Assembly (NCBI GenBank): GCA_043798445.1
Contig: JAZDOQ010000018.1
Coordinates: 1-56,688 of the forward strand
Reading direction: 5' to 3'
Source: Candidatus Gottesmanbacteria bacterium
Lineage (GTDB): Bacteria; Patescibacteriota; Microgenomatia; UBA10105; UBA927
Length of the DNA: 56,688 bases
Shown here: piece by piece, positions 48,279 through 56,688 of the stretch
Position numbering within the stretch: position 1 is the stretch's first letter
Layout of the letters: the number at the start of each line of letters is the position of its first letter
Made by a program: the position numbers and the translations under genes
The notes under the pieces: generated by a model
The model's input: the letters and a program-made list of their open reading frames with translations, nothing else
Databases searched by the model: none
What the model was told of the DNA's origin: nothing

Positions 48279-48890
48279 TTATTTATATATCCGGTGGCAC
48301 GTTTCGCACACGGCAATATATTTGTCCGCTGCTCCGACATCAATGACTCCTTTTGTTCCCCTCATCCGCTCACTGTGACGGGCTAAGCTCCCGCATTTTT
48401 GACATATTGCCATGAGCTCAAGATATTCATCCGCAAGACCGACAAGATCGGGAGTTGCTCCAAACGGTTGGCGTTTGTAATCATACAGAAGTCCCGCGGC
48501 AATCACATGGATTCCCTTTTTCTTTAAAGTTAAAATCACGTCCTTAATTTTTTCTTTTTCAAAAAACTGCACCTCATCAACAATAACTTTATCTGCGTGG
48601 GTCATAAGAATTTTTTCAATCACCGTTTCTGTTGTTTCACCGTCAACAACAAGCGCTTTTGATTTTCTATGATCATGACTATGAATTTCTTTTTTTGCGC
48701 CATACCGGTTATCAAGTCTTGGTTTAACCGTCAGCACCGTATGCCCCATGCGGGTAAACACCTCAACAAGTGCAACCAACTTTCCGGTTTTCCCGGAAAA
48801 CATCGGTCCTGCGATAACCGTGAGTTTTCCTTTTCTTCTCGATTTTTTAGATGATATATTTTTCCTTGAGTGCACGGATGATTTTTTCAT
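48279..48890 (-). CDS. tdk: Thymidine kinase
   Basis: GPMFSGKT, DEVQF, AGL..D...QPF, C..C..Y..VC..C. Confidence 0.95.
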   Translation of the reverse strand: MKKSSVHSRKNISSKKSRRKGKLTVIAGPMFSGKTGKLVALVEVFTRMGHTVLTVKPRLDNRYGAKKEIHSHDHRKSKALVVDGETTETVIEKILMTHADKVIVDEVQFFEKEKIKDVILTLKKKGIHVIAAGLLYDYKRQPFGATPDLVGLADEYLELMAICQKCGSLARHSERMRGTKGVIDVGAADKYIAVCETCHRIYK

Positions 48891-49959
48891 GAATGACCTC
48901 TTTGGACAGTAAGGTTCCTTTATCACTAACACAATCTATTGTTATCCAATTTTTCCGTTCTTTCGCAAGCCGAAGGTACATGACCTCCGATTCAGCGCGG
49001 TGTTTCATATCCGCCTCAGCGATATCCAGTTTTCCTTTAGTATATTTTCTTTGTTCTTTTTTGAGCGTCAATTCATATCCAATCTTCCATGGAATATATA
49101 AATAGATAACCACATCTTCCCGGGGGATTTTATGCACCTTGTATTCCATCTCATCAAGCCAGGAAATGAATTCTTTCCGTTTTTCTTCCGGCAGTTTTGC
49201 CGCCTGGTGCGCCATGGACGATGTTGCATAGCGATTTGACAACAGGATACCGCCTTGTGACAACCAGGAATCCATTTCCTCTTTTGCTGATGCACGGTCA
49301 AGCGCGTAAGAAAGTGCAGCTAGGTACGGAGATACATTGTCAAGCGAGCCAAACTCACCGGTCAAAAACCGTCCAACGACCCTTCCGTGAAATGAGCTGT
49401 AATACCGGGGAAAATCCATATATTTTACTTTTTTTCCTTGTTTTTCCAACACCCTCTGTATCAACGCCGACTGTGTTGCTTTCCCGGATCCATCTCCTCC
49501 GTCAATAACAATGAGTTTCCCTTTCCTCTTTTTAAGAGTCGCCACCTCTGCAAAAAAATGCTTCAGCGTTATGAGAATGTTGTCATCCTCATAATGCTCA
49601 AGATATAGATGCTCTGACGGATTGCCGGAAATCATGGGAGACAATAAATTCTCAGCATCCTTGTAAAATAGGGCTAAGACCGGCTTATTATGAATCAGGG
49701 AATATACAATCTCTCCTCCAACACCGCTTGACGGATTCGTTACCTCGGCAACCACGCAATCTGATTCTTCAATTCGGTTCTTTTCCCGCGTAAATATATC
49801 TTTTGCACTGAGTTTTTCATCCATTTTTCGTAAGGTGGGTGTTATAATTTGCTGTCCTGACACACTTGTGTGACCCAACATTTTTATTGCCGAAAGAATT
49901 GCTTTGTATCGTTTCCCGTCTCCATCATGTGTTGTTGCTGCCGTAAAGTAGATCTTCAT
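48847..49959 (-). CDS. tmk: Fusion of nucleoside 2-deoxyribosyltransferase/N-glycosidase-like domain and thymidylate kinase
   Basis: N: KIYF..SD.VVAE...PS.GVG.E...KPVL; C: IDGGDGSGKATQ, FPRY, DR, NRY..S..AHQ. Confidence 0.85.
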   Translation of the reverse strand: MKIYFTAATTHDGDGKRYKAILSAIKMLGHTSVSGQQIITPTLRKMDEKLSAKDIFTREKNRIEESDCVVAEVTNPSSGVGGEIVYSLIHNKPVLALFYKDAENLLSPMISGNPSEHLYLEHYEDDNILITLKHFFAEVATLKKRKGKLIVIDGGDGSGKATQSALIQRVLEKQGKKVKYMDFPRYYSSFHGRVVGRFLTGEFGSLDNVSPYLAALSYALDRASAKEEMDSWLSQGGILLSNRYATSSMAHQAAKLPEEKRKEFISWLDEMEYKVHKIPREDVVIYLYIPWKIGYELTLKKEQRKYTKGKLDIAEADMKHRAESEVMYLRLAKERKNWITIDCVSDKGTLLSKEVIHEKIIRALKEKYII

Positions 49960-49964
49960 AGTGT

Positions 49965-50603
49965 TTATACTACCACATGTAATTGTTTTTTTACTTGGTT
50001 AATCAATTGTAGCTGTGCTTTTTTACTCGTCACAATGTTTAACCCATCTGTTTCAATGGTGATAACAGGAATACTTTTCTGTTCAGCTAGCCACTTGTGG
50101 TTTAACATATCCAGAAGTTCCAGATAGTTTTGCGGAATTTCCTTTTCATACCCCCTGCCCCGTGATGCAATGCGTTTTGCAATATGAGATAGTGATGTCT
50201 CAAGATACACAATGCAATCCGGTTTTGGAAAAAGCGGCTCAAAGGAGTAATAAATTTTCTGATACAATTTCCATTCCGCATCATCAATATTTCCGAGTAC
50301 ATGTTGTGCTTTTGCGTAGGAAAAGGCATCCTGTTGAATCGGCGTATCTTGAATAAAAGAGGTTTTCTCAAGCAGTGTGCGCGTATCTATCATTTGCGTA
50401 ATTTTTTCCATCAAAAAAAATGTCTGCGAATGAAACGCCCACCGTTTCATGTCACTATAAAACCGCGAAAGAAATGCATTTTCTCCGAAATTTTCCTCAA
50501 GAAGTTGAAATTTCAGGGATGCGGCAAGTAACCGAGCGGCGGTGGTTTTTCCGCTCCCCATCGTACCCATGACAGAAATATACCAATGTTTTTTTGTTTT
50601 CAC
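49965..50603 (-). CDS. Deoxynucleoside kinase (dAK/dGK/dCK family)
   Basis: GTMGSGKTT, FY.D..RW.F..Q..F, PD..VYL, RI..RGR.YE. Confidence 0.9.
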   Translation of the reverse strand: MKTKKHWYISVMGTMGSGKTTAARLLAASLKFQLLEENFGENAFLSRFYSDMKRWAFHSQTFFLMEKITQMIDTRTLLEKTSFIQDTPIQQDAFSYAKAQHVLGNIDDAEWKLYQKIYYSFEPLFPKPDCIVYLETSLSHIAKRIASRGRGYEKEIPQNYLELLDMLNHKWLAEQKSIPVITIETDGLNIVTSKKAQLQLINQVKKQLHVVV

Positions 50604-50654
50604 AAAACTTGTTGTATCACGTCATGGGCAAGGATGACAAGAGTATGTACTATA

Positions 50655-51308
50655 TCAATATTGACTCTTAAGACAATGGCAGTATGTCCATTCGGGTACA
50701 ATCCCGCCACATTTTTCAGGAGCGTAAACATCGTGGATTACAGAAAAACAATTATGTCCCGTAGCCTGCCAGCAAAGTTGCGAAACATTCCATGAACGGA
50801 TAGCGCCGTTATCGGCTGTCCAGTTCGTACCAACACTCTTACAGAACATATAATTTTCTTTACAGATTTTTTCACATGATTTACCGGTTGCAGAATTTGT
50901 AAAGACAGAATATGTATATCCAGCAGCCGGCGTAGGTGTCTTAGTTGGCGTCTTGGTTGGAGTTGAAGTTGGCGTTTTGGTTGGTGTCGATGTTGGTTTC
51001 TTTGTAGGTGTCGATGTTGGTTTCTTTGTAGGTGTCAATGTTGGTAATGTACACTTACATGTTGTTGCTCCAGTGACAACACAACTCCCTCCGCCTGTAC
51101 ATGTTCCTTCACAACTATATTGACTTCCTGAATTGCGACATGGTTTTGGTGTTGGTTCAGTAGGTATATATGCTCTACTTCGGATATCCAATCCCCCTTT
51201 TGAAAATGCAACATACAAAACAACAAGTGCCAATAACGACAATGCGATGCCAAGAGCAACAATAAATGGTTTTGTGTGGTCTGTTGAGCCCATAACAATT
51301 TTCTTCAT
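50655..51308 (-). CDS. Single-TM surface protein: Cys-rich module, Thr/Pro linker, second Cys-rich module
   Basis: TM, DIRSRA, 4-Cys module, (TPTKKPTS)n linker, C-terminal 8-Cys module. Confidence 0.75.
   Translation of the reverse strand: MKKIVMGSTDHTKPFIVALGIALSLLALVVLYVAFSKGGLDIRSRAYIPTEPTPKPCRNSGSQYSCEGTCTGGGSCVVTGATTCKCTLPTLTPTKKPTSTPTKKPTSTPTKTPTSTPTKTPTKTPTPAAGYTYSVFTNSATGKSCEKICKENYMFCKSVGTNWTADNGAIRSWNVSQLCWQATGHNCFSVIHDVYAPEKCGGIVPEWTYCHCLKSQY
50928..51045 (-). repeat. Coding tandem repeat (24-nt unit) encoding a TPTK(K/T)PTS linker
   Basis: GGTGTCGATGTTGGTTTCTTTGTA twice exactly (50983-51030) plus degenerate copies. Confidence 0.85.
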
Positions 51309-51364
51309 AAATAATTTTTCCTTATTATCTACTATTCACCAACTGCTTATATTTGTCAAATGGT

Positions 51365-51393
51365 TTGACAAACGCCGTAATACTTCATACGAT
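51365..51393 (+). promoter_or_regulatory. sigma70-type promoter of glmS
   Basis: TTGACA-17 nt-TACGAT, 9 nt before ATG. Confidence 0.6.
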
Positions 51394-51402
51394 ACTAGAT
51401 AT

Positions 51403-53169
51403 ATGTGTGGGATATTCGGCTATATCGGATCACATACCAATGCGGCAGAAATTGTCTTTGAAGGCATCAAAACACTGGAATACCGCGGATACGACAGTTG
51501 GGGTGTTGGTCTCGTACCTATTGAAAAAAATGATTCGCTTGTCATCAAGAAACGTGTTGGAAAAATCGGTGATGCAAATGTAAAAGATCTTCCAAAAAGT
51601 TCACTTGCATTCGGTCACACCCGCTGGGCAACCCATGGCGGAGTTACCGAAAAAAACACGCATCCGCACCCTGACTGCACAAAAACAATTGCAATCATCC
51701 ATAACGGCATCATAGAAAATTACGATACGTTAAAAACTCAATTAATCGGTTCGCATACCTACATCTCTGAAACTGACAGCGAAGTAGCTGCGCACATGAT
51801 TGAAGATGCTGTATCCTCTCTTCCCTTTGTTGAAGCAGTTCGAAGTACATTTATGAAATGTGCAGGATCCAATGCCATCATTGCTATCTCGCAAAAAGAA
51901 CGTATGATTGTTGCGGCACGAAACGGATCGCCACTCGTTGTCGGATTTGGTGATCATGAACAGTTTATCGCAAGCGATGCATCAGGACTGTTACCGCATA
52001 CGAAACGTGTCTATTTCCTGGAAGACAATGAAATGGCGGTGCTCACTAATGAAAAAATAACCATTCTTGATGCAATAACGGGAAAAGAAAAAACTATCGA
52101 ACCCGTCACGCTCACCTGGAACATAACGGCTGCCAAACGAAATGGATTTCCCACATTCATGGAAAAAGAAATCCATGAACAACCGATCATTATTGAACAG
52201 TGTTTACACCGCACAGATATTCATACACTATCAGAAGCAATAATAAAAGCTCGGGGATCATATCTCATCGGTTGCGGTACCGCATACTATGCGTGTCTTG
52301 CCGGAACGTATCTTTTTTCAACAATAGCAAAACGCCATATCAATGCATGTGTTGCGAGTGAGTTTACCTATCAGGAAGATTTCATAACAAATGCATCACT
52401 TGTTGTAGCGCTCTCCCAATCAGGAGAAACCATGGATCTTATTGATGCGGTGAAGCGGGCAAAAAAACATGACGCGACTATTGCCTCAATCGTTAACGTG
52501 CAGGGATCAACGCTGTGGCGTTTGTCGGACATCAAAATCCCAGGTGAGGCGGGACCCGAAATAGGTGTTGCGTCGACAAAAGACATGATAACCAAACTAA
52601 GCATTCTCCTTCTGACTGCATACGATATTGCAGGTAATCCTGATGAAGGAAAACGGGTCATGAAAAATGTTGTCAGTTCGGCAAAAGACATATTTGACAA
52701 AAAATCACTCGCAACCATTACTGCTGTTGCCAAACGTTTAAAAACCGCAACATATATGTTTGTTGTCGGTCGAGGAACATCGTATCCAGCAGCGCTTGAA
52801 ACGGCGCTAAAGATAAAAGAAATCAGTTATATCCACGCAGAAGGACTTGCTGCAGGTGAACTCAAACACGGAGCAATCGCGCTTATTGAAAATAAGACAC
52901 CATGCGTTGTCTTTTTACCAAACGATGAAACATATAGCGCTAATCTTGCGGCAGCCATGGAAATGAAGGCGCGAGGCGGTTATATTATCGGGATCTCTCA
53001 TAAACATCACGAAGTATTTGACGCATATATACCAGTGACTGATGCGGGGACCGGAACGATTATTCCGAATATTATTGTCGGACAGTTGCTCGCATATTAT
53101 GTGACCATCGCAAGAAACTTGGATCCTGACAAACCAAGAAATTTGGCAAAAAGCGTGACAGTGAAATGA
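51403..53169 (+). CDS. glmS: Glutamine--fructose-6-phosphate aminotransferase
   Basis: MCGI start, EYRGYDS, GHTRWATHG, SQSGET, GELKHG, PRNLAKSVTV. Confidence 0.98.
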   Translation: MCGIFGYIGSHTNAAEIVFEGIKTLEYRGYDSWGVGLVPIEKNDSLVIKKRVGKIGDANVKDLPKSSLAFGHTRWATHGGVTEKNTHPHPDCTKTIAIIHNGIIENYDTLKTQLIGSHTYISETDSEVAAHMIEDAVSSLPFVEAVRSTFMKCAGSNAIIAISQKERMIVAARNGSPLVVGFGDHEQFIASDASGLLPHTKRVYFLEDNEMAVLTNEKITILDAITGKEKTIEPVTLTWNITAAKRNGFPTFMEKEIHEQPIIIEQCLHRTDIHTLSEAIIKARGSYLIGCGTAYYACLAGTYLFSTIAKRHINACVASEFTYQEDFITNASLVVALSQSGETMDLIDAVKRAKKHDATIASIVNVQGSTLWRLSDIKIPGEAGPEIGVASTKDMITKLSILLLTAYDIAGNPDEGKRVMKNVVSSAKDIFDKKSLATITAVAKRLKTATYMFVVGRGTSYPAALETALKIKEISYIHAEGLAAGELKHGAIALIENKTPCVVFLPNDETYSANLAAAMEMKARGGYIIGISHKHHEVFDAYIPVTDAGTGTIIPNIIVGQLLAYYVTIARNLDPDKPRNLAKSVTVK

Positions 53170-53174
53170 AGTGC

Positions 53175-53459
53175 TTACGCTAATTCAGGTACCGGATGTG
53201 TATCGTGATGAATAATAATACTTGTATGGGGAAGTATGTCAACTGCGTGTGTTAAATGCATTCCCTCAGAAACAACACCAGTCTCATCCGCAGTAATCCG
53301 AAGTGTATTTTCAGAATTACTTTCGAGTGATGACAACACTTTGTGACCACTTTCAGTGTTAACAAATATGTCACGTTGAATAACTTTAACATCTCCGTCA
53401 AAGCGAATTGATGTTGCAATTATCCCGTCCCCACGAATTAATTCAGCTATTGGTGCCAT
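53175..53459 (-). CDS. Hypothetical protein
   Basis: Probable start MAPIAE; start context shared with the upstream gene. Confidence 0.55.
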   Translation of the reverse strand: MAPIAELIRGDGIIATSIRFDGDVKVIQRDIFVNTESGHKVLSSLESNSENTLRITADETGVVSEGMHLTHAVDILPHTSIIIHHDTHPVPELA

Positions 53460-53525
53460 AATACCATGAAATATAACACTCGGCGCATTCAAACGCAAAC
53501 ATTAATCAAATATCATACACCGAAG

Positions 53526-53828
53526 TCACTCGTTACACACAGAAATTGTTTGTCCTAAACCGACATAATGTATTCCATTTATATCAAGAGTATGGTTTGG
53601 TTCTAATCGGTGAGGTACATCATGTTCATCTATTACATACCCACCCACAAAAAGACTAGTGACTGCAGTTGACGGCTCACTCGTCTTATCAATATGCAAC
53701 ACAGAAATCTTTGCACTTTGACATGGAGGTATAACAACAGAGAAAACACGATGATTTTCATTTGTTATTAAGTTATGAACACACAAAATATCTGTACAGG
53801 TAATATTACTTGCTTCAACTGGCGCCAT
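53526..53828 (-). CDS. Hypothetical protein
   Basis: 100-aa ORF starting MAPVEA. Confidence 0.55.
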   Translation of the reverse strand: MAPVEASNITCTDILCVHNLITNENHRVFSVVIPPCQSAKISVLHIDKTSEPSTAVTSLFVGGYVIDEHDVPHRLEPNHTLDINGIHYVGLGQTISVCNE

Positions 53829-53878
53829 AATACGCTTAAAGATATCATATCAACAGGAATTGTCAATAAATATGGGGA

Positions 53879-54451
53879 TTATTCCAGATCTTTTGCTATC
53901 TGACTAGCGACCGGTGCGTTTTGATTTTTATATTTTGCCGTTGCGCGAGTTAAATATGGTTGCTCAGACGCGTGACTCAATTCTTCAAACGTAAACGAAC
54001 AAATACGCATACCTGAATACAATGCAACAGGCATCCTCCCTAAATTACCAAGCTCAAGAACTGCTATACCATGCCACCCCGGATCAAACACCGATGCAGT
54101 CGAATGAACAACAATGCCAAGACGACCCAAACTCGATCTCCCTTCAAGACGTGCTAGTAAATTATTAGGAATCGTAATCGTCTCCATGGTCGTGGCAAGC
54201 ACAAAATCCCCAGGCTGAAGAATGAACGGCTCGCCTTCTTTTATCGTTATCTCCGTCATCAGGTCGTTGGTAACATTCGGGTTATTCGTATCGATAAGTG
54301 CAATTTTACTATGATTAAAAATACGAAATTTTGTGCCTAATCGAAGGTCAATAGAACAGGAGCCAAGTTGTGTTTCAAAATCGGGGGCAGGATCAATAAC
54401 GATCCGTTTTTCTTGTAATGCTTGTTTAATATCGCCGTCAGATAAAATCAT
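53879..54451 (-). CDS. dcd: dCTP deaminase
   Basis: MILSD, SIDLRLG, GRSSLGRLG, DPGW.G...LE. Confidence 0.96.
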   Translation of the reverse strand: MILSDGDIKQALQEKRIVIDPAPDFETQLGSCSIDLRLGTKFRIFNHSKIALIDTNNPNVTNDLMTEITIKEGEPFILQPGDFVLATTMETITIPNNLLARLEGRSSLGRLGIVVHSTASVFDPGWHGIAVLELGNLGRMPVALYSGMRICSFTFEELSHASEQPYLTRATAKYKNQNAPVASQIAKDLE

Positions 54452-54506
54452 AAGTGGATTCTTTACGAAAAAATTTCGTGCGCGATTTTCTCGCCCTCTG
54501 GGCGAG

Positions 54507-55391
54507 TTAGGATTTTTTGTTTGTATTAAATAAACTTGCAAAATTTGGTAAAGCTGCTGCGATGAAAATTAAAATTCCACCTATAATTATTTGAAGTGTT
54601 AACACTTCAGAAAAGAATATTATTCCAAATATTATTCCAAATATTATTTCCAATAAACCAGTTAAAGCACCAATCCCAGGTTGAACATACCTATAGCCAA
54701 TTACGACAAGAGAAAACGCACTTAAGGAAGCAATTGCATAGCCAAAAATACCCAACCAAGCAATTGATAATTCTGGTAACAATTGCCTTTCCCCTAGTAG
54801 TACGGAACCCATTAAATGAATAACAAAGATAACTAACCACAAAAAGACATTGAGTTGTAAAGCTGAATATTTGTCAGAAACTTTTTTAGTAAAAACAACT
54901 TCAATCCCCGCTGCGGATCCTGATAAGATTGCAGCTAAAGCTGCGAGTAAATAATTTTGTTGAAGTGATAAATTAAAAATAAGATATAGACCAACTAAAG
55001 CAAGTAGCAACCCAATTGTTTTATCTAAAGTAATTTTTTCGCTAAATGAAATAAATCCCAATATGAAAGAAATGATTGTATATGAAGCATAAAAAAGTAA
55101 AGTAGCAGAACCGATACCAATTTTATTAAACGCATAAAATATTGGTGCTACTGTCAATGAACCGGCAAGAGTGTAAATTATAATCCATTTCCAATCTCCT
55201 TTATCCACTTTTTTAATGGTGTGTGTAATAGCTCCGAAAGGAACAATTATTAGTAGAATGATTAGACTTCGGGCATATACCTGAAAAAGATTATCAATTT
55301 GAGTTCCAATTAATTTTGACCAAACACCATAAGAACCAAAAAATAATGCGGACAAAGCGACGATTAAGGCACCTTTTGTTGAGTTCTTCAT
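54507..55391 (-). CDS. EamA/DMT family transporter (AT-rich)
   Basis: About 10 TMs, two EamA repeats, FSEK, LE..F...FFSE. Confidence 0.88.
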   Translation of the reverse strand: MKNSTKGALIVALSALFFGSYGVWSKLIGTQIDNLFQVYARSLIILLIIVPFGAITHTIKKVDKGDWKWIIIYTLAGSLTVAPIFYAFNKIGIGSATLLFYASYTIISFILGFISFSEKITLDKTIGLLLALVGLYLIFNLSLQQNYLLAALAAILSGSAAGIEVVFTKKVSDKYSALQLNVFLWLVIFVIHLMGSVLLGERQLLPELSIAWLGIFGYAIASLSAFSLVVIGYRYVQPGIGALTGLLEIIFGIIFGIIFFSEVLTLQIIIGGILIFIAAALPNFASLFNTNKKS

Positions 55392-55713
55392 ATTGATGTT
55401 TTTATTATACATATTTTACGCATTTTTTGTAGGTCAGTGGTTATTGTTTTCTTATCTCATAGTTTGTATAGTTTAATTGTAGTCAAACAATCTTTCGGAT
55501 TTTTTAATGGCCGATTTGGACAGATCCGAAAGGGTTTGACGACAACCAGAGCGGCTATTTGAGTTTATAAAAAGTTCTTTAATTATTTGCGTTTTTCTTT
55601 TCTTTCTTTATTTGTTGCGGCTTTTTTGTGTGTATAAAAAGGGCTTTGCAGCGCTCGCCGCGGGGGCGGGCGCGGCGAGCGCCATTCCCGACTCGCCGAA
55701 ATATCCACTTCTG

Positions 55714-55785
55714 TGGGTGACGATGGAGTCGGACCATCCGCCTCTTTCTTATCAGGAAAGCGTTCTACCGATGAACTAGTCACCC
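55714..55785 (-). tRNA. tRNA-Ile(GAT)
   Basis: GGGTGAC/GTCACCC acceptor stem, CTTTC-CTGATAA-GAAAG anticodon arm; T-loop TCCGACT. Confidence 0.92.
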
Positions 55786-55847
55786 AAACATTCTTAGCTT
55801 CAGTCTTCCATTGTACTATAGCCGACTGCTGTGCTCAATCATGATAA

Positions 55848-55922
55848 TGGAGGTGCGTGCCGGAATCGGACCGGCGCATAGCTGTTTTGCAGACAGCCGC
55901 GTTACCACTTCGCCAACGCACC
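55848..55922 (-). tRNA. tRNA-Cys(GCA)
   Basis: GGTGCGT/ACGCACC stem, GCTGT-CTGCAAA-ACAGC arm, U73, encoded CCA; T-loop TCCGATT. Confidence 0.95.
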
Positions 55923-55964
55923 AATTGTTCAATAACGTACCTATTCTATCATACTTATTTCCAC

Positions 55965-55995
55965 AAAAAATCCCGCAAAACTATTGCGGGATTTT
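55965..55995 (-). terminator. Intrinsic terminator downstream of the 16S rRNA
   Basis: AAAATCCCGCAA/TTGCGGGATTTT stem followed by a U-run on the minus strand. Confidence 0.75.
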
Positions 55996-56178
55996 GATAC
56001 TATTTCTTGATGATCTAAACGGTGACAGGAACATGGGTTTTGAGAGAACTATTCCGCTCGAGGAATAGTTTTACTTACGTACGTGTTCTCTCGAAACACG
56101 TGATAAACCTAACGAAACTCATCATGTATTGGACTAATAAATTAGACGTGCATGCTTTATTTCTTCGGTTTTTTAATT

Positions 56179-56688
<510 letters not shown>

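Noticed and set aside
51133-51402. N-terminal extension of GlmS or a glmS ribozyme
   Set aside because: GlmS needs an N-terminal Cys (MCG at 51403); the promoter lies directly upstream with no room for a ribozyme
54452-55714. att-site duplication of the tRNA-Ile 3' end
   Set aside because: No direct repeat of the tRNA end found near dcd, and no integrase

Overview
A dense housekeeping-rich chromosomal segment using genetic code 11 (TGA is used as a stop). It most likely comes from a Patescibacteria/CPR bacterium of Microgenomates type; this is inferred from the streamlined operons, short EF-Ts, divergent 16S and fermentative/salvage genes. It holds about 65 CDS (tgt, pepA, dnaB, hisC-hisS, rpmE-prfA, rpsF-ssb-rpsR, ychF, thyA-folA-eno-gpmI, ADP-forming acetate-CoA ligase, cysS, dnaX-ybaB..recR, rpsB-tsf-frr-rseP-proS, a deoxynucleoside salvage cluster, glmS, dcd), three tRNAs (Leu-CAA, Ile-GAT, Cys-GCA) and the 3' end of a 16S rRNA with no 23S downstream. 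Highlights: (1) an unannotated 24-aa YWHHY leader peptide with full 1:2/2:3/3:4 attenuator geometry ahead of hisC-hisS; (2) a RAYT-like HUH transposase with four TTAG-led CAAGG-N5-CCTTG palindromes, two inside reading frames and two bracketing a NUDIX gene; (3) an S2-type rpsB leader coupled to a possible terminator/antiterminator switch; (4) a deoxyribosyltransferase/N-glycosidase-like domain fused to dTMP kinase; (5) an N-terminally truncated RF1; (6) a shared post-TM DIR[ST]RA motif; (7) frequent -10 boxes 6-10 nt before start codons. All calls come from reading motifs by eye; no searches or folding programs were run.
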